Shown here piece after piece: positions 1 through 8,908 of a DNA stretch of 64,000 bases (position 1 is its first letter; every line of letters starts with the position of its first letter). This DNA comes from Candidatus Levybacteria bacterium GW2011_GWA1_37_16. GTDB lineage: Bacteria; Patescibacteriota; Microgenomatia; Levybacterales; UBA12049. A program made the position numbers and the translations under genes. The DNA lies in assembly GCA_943357985.1 (NCBI GenBank), contig CALRGR010000002.1, positions 306 through 64,305 of the forward strand, in the 5' to 3' direction. The notes beneath the pieces were generated by a model that saw nothing but the letters and a program-made list of their open reading frames with translations, ran no database searches and was not told where the DNA came from.

Positions 1-1292
1 CTTTTAACTTTTATTGTTGCGCCCGTGTAATTGTAATTGTCTGCATTTGCAGTTGTGGAAGCTTTGTATCCCAAGCTTTCTAGGAATGTGGAGGCTTTTC
101 CTGCAATTCCTTCCGCTCCGCTTCCGTTTTCAACAGTGATTGTCAACTTACTTCTATCAAGATTTGCAGCATTATTTGCAGGAGAATTATTTTTAAGCTC
201 GGTATTAACCTTATCAAGAAGTGTAGCTATTTGTTTTTCCTGATTTGATCCTTGTGGAAATTTATTTTTATTTTCTTCCAATAGCTTTTGGGCCTGGGAA
301 AAATTATCCATTGCCAGGTTTTTATTTAAATCTTTAAGGCTTTCTCCCTCTTCAAATTTCTTCTGCGCCTGCGGATAGAAAGCGTTAAAAGCTGTTTCTG
401 TTTTTCTATCATTTTGTTTTTTTACTCCCAAAATCACGCTTGTAACAAGTACTAAAAGTATTAAAGTTGCAATTGTCAGATAGATTTTTTTGGAGTGATT
501 TAAGCGTTCCGGAATTATTTTTTTAAATACTCCAAATAGGGGAAATATAAAACCGAGAGGATTCATTTTTTTGCTTTCATCCTCTTCGCTCGCTTTTTCA
601 ATATCTTCATCTCTGGATATGGTGTTTATCTCTGTGTCTTCCTCCGATACTGCAACGTGTGCTTCTGCTTCCTCTTTATAAGAAAGAATTATTGCCGCTG
701 CTCCTGCTTCATCTGACTCATGAATTGTAGGAGCTAAATTTTCCGCAATTTCAGATGGCACAATGCTTTCCGTGGATGCTATTAATTGATCTTTTGGGAT
801 TATGGTTGAAAAGCCTTCTGTTGCAAGAATTATTAAATCATCGTTTTGCAAAAATCCTGAGGCCAATACTATTTCTCTTGCATCTTGCGTAGATTCTAGA
901 ATAACTCCAAACTTATCCCCTCTTTTTATAAATACTCTTCCAACGCCCGATATGTAGGAGTAGAGAATGTTATTTGATAGAACCGTCACAATAAAAGAGA
1001 ATTCCAAATCTTCAGGTATTCCTTTGACAGTGGTTTCAATTGCAGCTTTTACGCTTTCAAGATTTTTTTCCTCTAAAGAGAAAAACTCAGTTTCAAGAGC
1101 ATCTAGGATATTTTTGCCTGATGCTTTAAGAGATCCGCCAACTGGCGGATTCTCACTTTCTGGTGAATCCTCAGAAGCCTCTTTTTTAAGAGATAAAACA
1201 GTAAATAATTTCCCTGCACTGTATGCTTGAGACCATGCAGTGTCTGTGGATGTTGCGGCAATTTTGCTAAAAACTACACTACCTTCTGGCAT
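1..1292 (-). CDS. Membrane protein with C-terminal LytR_C-like domain (runs off the window edge)
   Basis: Starts ATG 1292 (MPEGSVVFSKIAAT...). The same frame has a hydrophobic segment and LDRSKLTITVENGSGAEGIAGKASTFLESLGY, a LytR_C motif like that of 3949..4542. Absent from the ORF track because no stop lies in the window. Confidence 0.7.
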   Translation of the reverse strand, partial: MPEGSVVFSKIAATSTDTAWSQAYSAGKLFTVLSLKKEASEDSPESENPPVGGSLKASGKNILDALETEFFSLEEKNLESVKAAIETTVKGIPEDLEFSFIVTVLSNNILYSYISGVGRVFIKRGDKFGVILESTQDAREIVLASGFLQNDDLIILATEGFSTIIPKDQLIASTESIVPSEIAENLAPTIHESDEAGAAAIILSYKEEAEAHVAVSEEDTEINTISRDEDIEKASEEDESKKMNPLGFIFPLFGVFKKIIPERLNHSKKIYLTIATLILLVLVTSVILGVKKQNDRKTETAFNAFYPQAQKKFEEGESLKDLNKNLAMDNFSQAQKLLEENKNKFPQGSNQEKQIATLLDKVNTELKNNSPANNAANLDRSKLTITVENGSGAEGIAGKASTFLESLGYKASTTANADNYNYTGATIKVK

Positions 1293-1295
1293 TGT

Positions 1296-1502
1296 TTATA
1301 GTATAACAAGAGCCGCAATAAAAAGCGAAACAGCAAGAATAATATGAACAGTAGCAATAATTTTAAGTAAATTTGAGGCATGATTTAGCATCACTATCCT
1401 ATTCATAACTAGTACCTGATTAAAAATAACGAGTGTAAATATTACATAAAAACCAATAAGAGTGAGAGTTGTTATCTTTACAATAAGGGCTGTTAATTCC
1501 AT
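1296..1502 (-). CDS. Small two-TM membrane protein (DUF5657-like)
   Basis: 68 aa, two hydrophobic helices, overlaps neighbouring stop/start. Confidence 0.6.
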   Translation of the reverse strand: MELTALIVKITTLTLIGFYVIFTLVIFNQVLVMNRIVMLNHASNLLKIIATVHIILAVSLFIAALVIL

Positions 1503-2143
1503 TATTTTTTTCCTCCAATAAGATTTGCAATAATTTTAGTTGCCTCTCTAGGCTTTGGAGCAGATAATGCTTCAAAATTTACTTCACTTCCTGCTGTTTG
1601 AACAAAAACATTCCCATAGTTAAAAATGGAGCTTATGAATCCAACTTGGGTGTAATTTACATCATGAATATGAGTCATTTTAGTTTCTGCAACATTGTGA
1701 ATTACAGTATTTGAATAATCAATGTCCACAATCCTTTGCTCCGTGACAATAAAAATATTGTAAAACCAAGTCATAAAACTCACTAAAGCGTAGGAAAAAA
1801 TAGCAAGATAATAAAAGAGGAAAGATATTGTTATAAGGCCGGTGGGAACAAAGGAAATGTTCAGATTAAGAAGCGGGAAGAGAAAAGGAATAAGAACAGG
1901 AATGAGAGTAAGTAAAATTGTTATAAATATCCAGGAGATGTTGGTAATGAAATGTCTACGCAGAAATAGAAGTATTTTTTCATCTTCCTCCTGGTTTTCA
2001 AAATGAACATCATGTGGATCTGTACAAAAAGAAGAAAATAGATGAGCGTGATGCTTTGTTATTAGCTCAGGCTCTATGTCTTGGCGGGTCATCGGCGCGT
2101 CTTCTTTTTTTGAATGATGAGGCGATACAAATATATCCTCCAT
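1502..2143 (-). CDS. Membrane protein with bacterial PH domain
   Basis: Two TMs, then IVTEQRIVD...IFNYGNVFVQTAG typical of bPH_2. Confidence 0.75.
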   Translation of the reverse strand: MEDIFVSPHHSKKEDAPMTRQDIEPELITKHHAHLFSSFCTDPHDVHFENQEEDEKILLFLRRHFITNISWIFITILLTLIPVLIPFLFPLLNLNISFVPTGLITISFLFYYLAIFSYALVSFMTWFYNIFIVTEQRIVDIDYSNTVIHNVAETKMTHIHDVNYTQVGFISSIFNYGNVFVQTAGSEVNFEALSAPKPREATKIIANLIGGKK

Positions 2144-2145
2144 AA

Positions 2146-3873
2146 TCAGTTTAGTTCTATATTATACAACGGACCAACAATTTGTATATTAGCAGGCGCT
2201 CTAAGGTTAAAGTATGTCTTAAAGAAGCTTCCTGAAAATGCTGGATCGGGGGCGTTCCCGCTAATATGAACTGCTGAAACTTTTCCGCTGCCCCAGTCTA
2301 CGTCTACACTAATTCCCGATACGGAATTAAACGGAGTAATTCCTCTATTGCTTAATTCTTGTTTTATTTTTCCGGCATCCCATGTGTCTGTTCCAGCCGG
2401 ATTTGGTTTATCCGTTTGATATAAGTGTTCGTTAATAGATGAATCTACTGAAGCAAGCTTTACAACATTTGCAATATCTGCCATTTCGGTGGCAGTAAGC
2501 CAGGCTGTTCCTCCATAAGAACTTCTTGAGCCCCAGTCGCAATAAAACCAAGGAGAATCTCTGTCATATGCATTGTTTTTTAGATCTGAAAAACTAGAGA
2601 CGTCTCCTGACGTGTCTCGAGCATTCTTAGTCCATGAAGTCCCGTTCCATCCGATATCTCCTGATGAATGAATGTATCCTCCGTGGGTTGAAGAGAACCA
2701 TGCTTTAATAGGGCTTCCTCCTTGAACCATTACTTTTCCCGCTGTATCATTGACTGCTTTCTCCCAATTTCCTCCCTTAGGGTCTGGCTTAAAAACCTGA
2801 CATTGTTCGGTTGTGCAAATAGAGCCAGAACCATTATTTGTATATGCTAAGGCATAACTTCTTGCGGCAATCGCCTGGGCTTTTAACGCTTCCATGCCAT
2901 CCTGATCTCCCCATGAATCTGGAACTTCATAAATACGCTTCACATATTCATCCAAAGAATAACTACTGTATCCCTGTACATTTATTTGCGCATCTCTTAC
3001 TTCTATTGAATCAAAGTTATAATAAGCTCTAAGAATTTCTTCATAACCTTGTTTTGCTTTTGCTCTCCCCCATGCTCCGTACTGATTAAGACCAACTCTG
3101 TTTGGGACTCCATATGTAAATAGTCCAAATCCTCCGCTGAATCCTGCGCTTTTACCGTTTGTTAAGTCGCTTGAGCAACTTCCTCCCGAGCTTGCAAAAA
3201 GAGGAATTCCAAGACTTGAAAGTCTTTGGGCTAAGATTTGCTGCTGGCGTGCAGATAAAGATGCGATTTGGCTTGAAAGGGTACTTTGGTAGGCAAGGGA
3301 ATCGGCGACTACTTTGTCCAATTTTACTTTTACAGCTGCAAGGCCTATTTTTTCTGCTTCCAAATCCTTTTTTTGGACCTGAAGTTCTCTTACTAAAATT
3401 GCAGCATTTGTGATAAGCGCTTTATTTTGGTCTATGCTTACTTGTTGATATGCCCTAATTTTAGTGAAGTCAGATATTGAAGGACTTAGAAGGAGCTCAC
3501 AGAATGGACAATCTCCCTGAGTTGCTATGTACAATTTTCTTATAGCATCATTTAAAACTTCCATTAATTTTACCAATCTTGCCTCCCCGTCTGATATTTG
3601 TTTTTGTTTTATCGGAATATCATTTTCTATTTGGGCTACTCTTGCTCTTATGCCGTCGACTTGTTTTTTAACTCCTGCTGTTGCCGCAACAGACTGATTT
3701 TTTGCCCGGGTTAAATTGCCGATGCAATCGCTTAGTTCGCTTGGATTCATGTCTTTTACGGCGTTTGGATCGGCGCATCTACTGTTTTGGGCAAGTGTGG
3801 GAACAAAAACATTTAAAAAGAGTACAAATGCTAAGAAAATGCTCGTTAAGAAGATTGGTAAAAGCTTTTTCAT
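2146..3873 (-). CDS. SpoIID/LytB-domain secreted protein with N-terminal coiled coil
   Basis: Signal peptide, coiled coil, EALKAQAIAARSYA and GLNQYGA...EILRAYY motifs. Confidence 0.85.
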   Translation of the reverse strand: MKKLLPIFLTSIFLAFVLFLNVFVPTLAQNSRCADPNAVKDMNPSELSDCIGNLTRAKNQSVAATAGVKKQVDGIRARVAQIENDIPIKQKQISDGEARLVKLMEVLNDAIRKLYIATQGDCPFCELLLSPSISDFTKIRAYQQVSIDQNKALITNAAILVRELQVQKKDLEAEKIGLAAVKVKLDKVVADSLAYQSTLSSQIASLSARQQQILAQRLSSLGIPLFASSGGSCSSDLTNGKSAGFSGGFGLFTYGVPNRVGLNQYGAWGRAKAKQGYEEILRAYYNFDSIEVRDAQINVQGYSSYSLDEYVKRIYEVPDSWGDQDGMEALKAQAIAARSYALAYTNNGSGSICTTEQCQVFKPDPKGGNWEKAVNDTAGKVMVQGGSPIKAWFSSTHGGYIHSSGDIGWNGTSWTKNARDTSGDVSSFSDLKNNAYDRDSPWFYCDWGSRSSYGGTAWLTATEMADIANVVKLASVDSSINEHLYQTDKPNPAGTDTWDAGKIKQELSNRGITPFNSVSGISVDVDWGSGKVSAVHISGNAPDPAFSGSFFKTYFNLRAPANIQIVGPLYNIELN

Positions 3874-3948
3874 GAGGGTTCTATTATAGCAAAACTCATT
3901 ATTTTACTTGACAAGACAAGATAATATGTTATACTTTTTCCAGAAATC

Positions 3949-4542
3949 ATGGAAGGTTTAACTTTTGAACAAACACCTTCTGCCCCAATAGGATCTCCTA
4001 AAAGAAATGCAAAGAGATTTTTTTACCTTTTAGCCACAATTGTCGTAATTGGACTTTTGCTTTTTGGAGGATTTAAACTTTTTGGAGGAAGCAATAAATC
4101 CGCAACATCAGAAATAACTCCTACTCCAACAGAATTTATAACGGAAACTCCATTTCCAACTGAGTCAACAACACCAACACCAACATCAACGCCAACAGCA
4201 ACAAAGACTCCTACTCCAACAGTTAAGGCAAATCCGGTAGATAGTGCAACCGGACTTGATAGAAGTACATTGGATGTTTCCATTCAAAATGGAAGTGGGG
4301 AAACGGGAGTCGCCAAGACTGCATCGGATTACCTTTCCGGCCTTGGATATAATATTGTGTCAACCGGAAATGCAGCAACGACAAATTTTACAAACATAAC
4401 CATTCAGGTAAAAAGCACTACAAAGAGCGGTTTTCTCACTCTTCTTAAAAACGACCTGTCCGCAAAATATACAGTTGGAACCACTTCTTCGGATCTATCT
4501 GCAAGTTCCTCGACTGATGCATTGGTTGTTATTGGAAAATAG
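3949..4542 (+). CDS. LytR C-terminal domain membrane protein
   Basis: TM, Thr/Pro linker, VSIQNGSGETGVA...GNA...VVIGK. Confidence 0.8.
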   Translation: MEGLTFEQTPSAPIGSPKRNAKRFFYLLATIVVIGLLLFGGFKLFGGSNKSATSEITPTPTEFITETPFPTESTTPTPTSTPTATKTPTPTVKANPVDSATGLDRSTLDVSIQNGSGETGVAKTASDYLSGLGYNIVSTGNAATTNFTNITIQVKSTTKSGFLTLLKNDLSAKYTVGTTSSDLSASSSTDALVVIGK

Positions 4543-4556
4543 TGTAATATTAGGTT

Positions 4557-5489
4557 ATGGATTTTGACCTTATTGCCGTTGGTAATGCCACTATCGATCA
4601 GTTTCTAACTCTTCATAACGCTACGGATTATATAAGCCTAGATTCATCAACTCGCGAATTAAAAATAAAAGCAGGAGAAAAAATTCCCGTTGATTCATGC
4701 GAGTTTCTTTTGGGAGGAAATGCTTCAAACGTTTCAGTTGGAATTGCCAGAGCAGGTTTTAAAGCGGCACTTGTGGCTGAAATAGGAACAGATGAATTTT
4801 CGGAAAAAATTACCAATGGTCTTAAAAAAGAAGGAGTGTCGGAGAGTTTAATTAAGAAGAATCCAAATCTTCCCTCATCTTTTAGTGTAATTTTAAATTT
4901 TGCGGGAGAAAGGACCATTTTTTCGGAGCATGTTAAAAAAGAGCATGATTTTTCATTCGATAATGTTTCCACAAAATGGGTTTATTTAACCTCTTTGGGT
5001 GAACAGTGGAGGGATGCGTATAAAAATGTTTTGGAGTATGTCAAAAAAAGCGGATCTAAGCTTGCTTATAATCCGGGGACTCTTCAGATGGAAGCAGGAA
5101 AGGAAGCTCTTGAAGATGTTTTATCTTGCGCAGAGATTGTCTTCTTTAACAAAAGCGAAGCAAAAGATTTAGTTGGAAGCGAAAATATCGAAGAAGCTCT
5201 TGACGAACTTAAAAAACTTGGACCAAAAATTGTTGTTATTACAGATGGTGAGAATGGCTCGTTTCTTTTGTCGGAGGATGGTCAGGTTTTAAAGCACGGA
5301 ATCGTTCAGACTCAAGTTATTGAAAAAACCGGAGCTGGAGATGCTTACTCAAGTGGATTTTTGAGCGCTGTTTTATCAGGGAAAAATTTGGAAAAGGCAA
5401 TGGAATGGGGAACTAAAAATGCGGCATCTGTTATCAGCAAAGTAGGAGCGCAAACAGGTCTACTTACTAAAGAACAATTGACAATATGA
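4557..5489 (+). CDS. PfkB-family carbohydrate kinase
   Basis: GGNASNVSVG and KTGAGDAY signatures. Confidence 0.9.
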   Translation: MDFDLIAVGNATIDQFLTLHNATDYISLDSSTRELKIKAGEKIPVDSCEFLLGGNASNVSVGIARAGFKAALVAEIGTDEFSEKITNGLKKEGVSESLIKKNPNLPSSFSVILNFAGERTIFSEHVKKEHDFSFDNVSTKWVYLTSLGEQWRDAYKNVLEYVKKSGSKLAYNPGTLQMEAGKEALEDVLSCAEIVFFNKSEAKDLVGSENIEEALDELKKLGPKIVVITDGENGSFLLSEDGQVLKHGIVQTQVIEKTGAGDAYSSGFLSAVLSGKNLEKAMEWGTKNAASVISKVGAQTGLLTKEQLTI

Positions 5490-5938
5490 AGGTTTATTTA
5501 GCATCAGATCATGCAGGGCTCGAACTTAAAGATAAGATAAAGATTTATCTTGAAGGAGCAGAATATGAGGTAGTTGACTGTGGAGCTTTTGATTTTGATA
5601 AGGATGACGACTATCCAGATTTTATAACAGCCGCTGCAGAGAAAGTTTCCAAGGACGAAGGCTCTCTTGGAATTGTTTTGGGAAAATCAGGGGCAGGGGA
5701 GGCAATTGTTGCAAATAAAATAAAAGGCATCCGCGCAGTTTTAGGTTTTAATAGGGAAAATATTTTACTTGCAAGGACTCACAATGATGCAAATGTTTTG
5801 TCTTTGGGGTCTGCTTTTGTAAATGAGGAAGAGGCAAGAGAGTTGGTAAAGTTATTTTTAGAAACACCATTTTCGGGTGACGAAAGACACAAGAGAAGAA
5901 TAGAAAAGATTACCGAGCTAGAGCGAGTGTCATCCTGA
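5486..5938 (+). CDS. rpiB: Ribose-5-phosphate isomerase B
   Basis: ASDHAG, DDYPDF, ANKIKGIRA, HNDANVLSLG, RHKRR. Confidence 0.92.
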   Translation: MKVYLASDHAGLELKDKIKIYLEGAEYEVVDCGAFDFDKDDDYPDFITAAAEKVSKDEGSLGIVLGKSGAGEAIVANKIKGIRAVLGFNRENILLARTHNDANVLSLGSAFVNEEEARELVKLFLETPFSGDERHKRRIEKITELERVSS

Positions 5939-5996
5939 GCAGAGCGAAGGATCCCATCGGTAACAAGAAGATTCTTCGTTGGCACTCAGAATGACA
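5928..5996. repeat. REP-like inverted dimer (TGTCATCCTGAGC..GCGAAGGATC / GATTCTTCG..CTCAGAATGACA)
   Basis: Terminal TGTCAT/ATGACA inverted repeat with two internal hairpin units; contains the rpiB stop codon. Confidence 0.75.
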
Positions 5997-6009
5997 TTAA
6001 GAATTACTT

Positions 6010-6645
6010 ATGGAGATTATTCCCGGAATTTTAGAAAAAGATTGGTCTGAAATTGAAAAAAAGATAGAGCTTGTCCGTCCATTTGCAAATACTATTCATA
6101 TAGATATTATTGACGGCAAATTTGCTCCTAATACTACTTTTTTGGACCCGGCTCCTTTTAAAAAATATACAAGTCCTTCGGCGGGCTCAGGATTATTTTT
6201 TGAACTTCATATGATGGTAGAAGACCCGATTTCGTATCTGGATAAGTGGGCAGAGGCAGGTTTTGGGAGATTTTTAGGTCATATTGAGAAAATGACGGAT
6301 CAAGTAGAATTTGTTGCAAAAGCGCAGCTGCTCGGCGAGGTAGGGTTAGCAATAGACATGAAAACTCAGATAGAAGAAATAAAAGTGCCGTTTGAAGATT
6401 TAGATAGCATGCTTCTTATGTCTGTTAATGCCGGATTTTCAGGGCAAAAGTTTAACCCAGCGGTTATAGAAAAAATAAAAGAAGTCACGGACAAAACATT
6501 TATTCCAATTGAAGTTGACGGCGGAATAAACGATTCAAACATCTTTGATATTAAGCAAGCGGGAGTATTAAGCTGTGTTTCCACAGGTTTTATTTTTGGC
6601 GGAAACCCACAGGATCAATACAAGAAACTCCAAAGTTTATCTTAA
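6010..6645 (+). CDS. rpe: Ribulose-phosphate 3-epimerase
   Basis: HIDIIDGKFAPN, ELHMMV, MSVNAGFSGQKF, EVDGGIN. Confidence 0.92.
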   Translation: MEIIPGILEKDWSEIEKKIELVRPFANTIHIDIIDGKFAPNTTFLDPAPFKKYTSPSAGSGLFFELHMMVEDPISYLDKWAEAGFGRFLGHIEKMTDQVEFVAKAQLLGEVGLAIDMKTQIEEIKVPFEDLDSMLLMSVNAGFSGQKFNPAVIEKIKEVTDKTFIPIEVDGGINDSNIFDIKQAGVLSCVSTGFIFGGNPQDQYKKLQSLS

Positions 6646-8817
6646 AGCAGTTGTTGTTGGAGAGGGGACAGGAGCCGCGCCGCAACTGACAGTATTTTCT
6701 GTCCCTTTTACAAAATATTCATTTCTTCCAATGCAGTATTTTTGAACAATATTTGCAGGTGTGGCAATCTTCTCATCAGGATTTTTTATGAGAAGCATTG
6801 TCATAATCCTATTCCATATTGGGGTTGCTCCCGTAATTCCGGAAGCTAAGGCCTGACTCATGGGGCTGTTGTCATTATTTCCTACCCACGTGGCAACCAG
6901 ATATGAAGGAGTATACCCAATTGTCCAGTTATCTCTTTTGTTGTCAGATGTTCCGGTTTTAACGGAAACAGTATGGCCGGGAATATTAAGGATTGAATTT
7001 GGCCCAAACGCTTGTGCTCTGGCGCCTCTATCAGCCAGGATATTGGAAAGTATAAAGGCAACTCCCTGGTCAAGTACGTTTTTTGGTTTAAGTTCTTTTT
7101 TTTCAACAATATTTCCTTTTGGATCTGTAATCTCAAGAATTGGATTTACGTCTACTCTTTGTCCTGCATTTGCCAAAACTCCATAAACTTGGGCCATTTC
7201 TGTCATTTTGACTTCAGCTGCCCCGAGTGTTATTGAAAGACCATAATTTTCCGGATTATTCCATGTTGTTATCCCCATTTTTTTGGCTAAATCTATCATA
7301 TTTGCAACGCCTATTTTATCAATAGTCTTTACGGCGGGAATATTAAAAGAATTGGCAAGGGCAATTCTTAAAGAAACTCTCCCATGAAATTGACCATCGT
7401 AATTAACGGGTGAGTATGGAGCACCACCTGGATTAGGAAATGTAATAGGTGAGTCATCAATAATTGTTGCGGCTGTGTAGCCATTTGTAAGTGCAACGCT
7501 GTAAGTTACGGGCTTTATGGAAGAACCAGGCTGCCTTAGTGATGTTGTTAAATTCACAGCTCCTCCGTTTTGATCTGAATAATCTTTACTCCCAACCATA
7601 GCTAATATCTCGCCGGTTTTAGGATTTGTTATAAGAGCCGCACCATTTGAAATATTAAGACTTGAAGCTTTTTGAACTTCATCGGTTACTATATCCTGAG
7701 CTTTTTGCTGTAAGGATAGGTCTAGAGTGGTTGTAACTTTCAGTCCTCCTTTTTCAACCATTTCAAGTCCATATTTGCGTACTAATAGATCTTTTACGTA
7801 CATCACGAAATGAGGAGTTTGTATTGGAATTTGCGGCGTATTGAATTCCAGATTTTGGGAAAGAGCATCTTTTTCCTGATTTTTTGTTATGTATCCCAAT
7901 TCCCTCATTCTCCTTAAGACTTCTTTTTGTCTTTCTTGCCATGAATTGGGATAAAGTCCGTAAGGAGAATAAGTGGAGGGGGCTTTGGGGAGGCCTGCTA
8001 GAAAAGCACTTTGAGCCAGATTTAAATCTTTTACATCTTTTCCAAAATAGGTTTGCGCGCCGGCCTGCGCTCCCCAGGCTGTTCCTCCATATGGAACCTG
8101 ATTAAAATACATTTCTAAAATTTGACTTTTACTATAAATGCGCTCGGCCCAAAGTGCCAAGATTAGTTCCTTAACTTTCCTTTTTATGCTTCTCTCAGGA
8201 GTAAGTAGCGTTGATTTAATTAATTGCTGAGTTATTGTTGATCCGCCTTGAAGATGATTTCCCTGTAAATCTGAAATTGCAGCTCTTGTAATTGCCATTG
8301 CGTCAAATCCCGGATTTTTGTAGAAATTTTTATCTTCAATTGATATTGTTGCGTTTTGAAAATCTTTGGGAATAGAGGAAAGTGGAACAGATGTTCTATT
8401 CTGTGCGGCATAAATCTGGAAAAGAAGTTTCCCTTTTCTGTCAAAGATTTTTGTTGTTTGAGTACTCTGCGTGTTTGAAAGAATAACAGGATTAGGTAAG
8501 TCTTGTACAAAGATTAGTATTAGAAGAGGAGCGAAAATAAAAAGAAAGGCAAAGAAAGTCCCAAAGGTAAAGTATTTTATTTTTATGCCAATTGGAAGAG
8601 GAAAGATTTTGATTTCTTTATATTTTTTCTTTTTTTGAGAAACGTGCCATTTTGACTTTATTTTAAAGCTGTTTTTGACAACTTTTAATAAATAAATTAC
8701 AAAAAGATATACTTTTCTAAATAAATTATTTGTGAATTTTCCCAGAAGAAGTACAAAATCTCCAATGTAGATAAGAGTTTTTAATAGTAAGGCAATAACA
8801 TCAATTAAAAACAGCAT
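6637..8817 (-). CDS. Class A penicillin-binding protein (transglycosylase-transpeptidase)
   Basis: EDKNFY, GGSTITQQL, RKVKE, SSIK, SFN, KTGT motifs. Confidence 0.92.
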   Translation of the reverse strand: MLFLIDVIALLLKTLIYIGDFVLLLGKFTNNLFRKVYLFVIYLLKVVKNSFKIKSKWHVSQKKKKYKEIKIFPLPIGIKIKYFTFGTFFAFLFIFAPLLILIFVQDLPNPVILSNTQSTQTTKIFDRKGKLLFQIYAAQNRTSVPLSSIPKDFQNATISIEDKNFYKNPGFDAMAITRAAISDLQGNHLQGGSTITQQLIKSTLLTPERSIKRKVKELILALWAERIYSKSQILEMYFNQVPYGGTAWGAQAGAQTYFGKDVKDLNLAQSAFLAGLPKAPSTYSPYGLYPNSWQERQKEVLRRMRELGYITKNQEKDALSQNLEFNTPQIPIQTPHFVMYVKDLLVRKYGLEMVEKGGLKVTTTLDLSLQQKAQDIVTDEVQKASSLNISNGAALITNPKTGEILAMVGSKDYSDQNGGAVNLTTSLRQPGSSIKPVTYSVALTNGYTAATIIDDSPITFPNPGGAPYSPVNYDGQFHGRVSLRIALANSFNIPAVKTIDKIGVANMIDLAKKMGITTWNNPENYGLSITLGAAEVKMTEMAQVYGVLANAGQRVDVNPILEITDPKGNIVEKKELKPKNVLDQGVAFILSNILADRGARAQAFGPNSILNIPGHTVSVKTGTSDNKRDNWTIGYTPSYLVATWVGNNDNSPMSQALASGITGATPIWNRIMTMLLIKNPDEKIATPANIVQKYCIGRNEYFVKGTENTVSCGAAPVPSPTTTALR

Positions 8818-8908
8818 AAAACGTAGATTGATAATAAAAATAAGGGCAGGGGACCCGCTTCAATCGGGATTAGCCAGATTATACTATATTATGGGTAGGT
8901 AAAAAAGC

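Noticed and set aside
4117-4221. ACx-CCx repeats in the LytR_C gene
   Set aside because: Ordinary Thr/Pro linker codons, not a DNA-level element.
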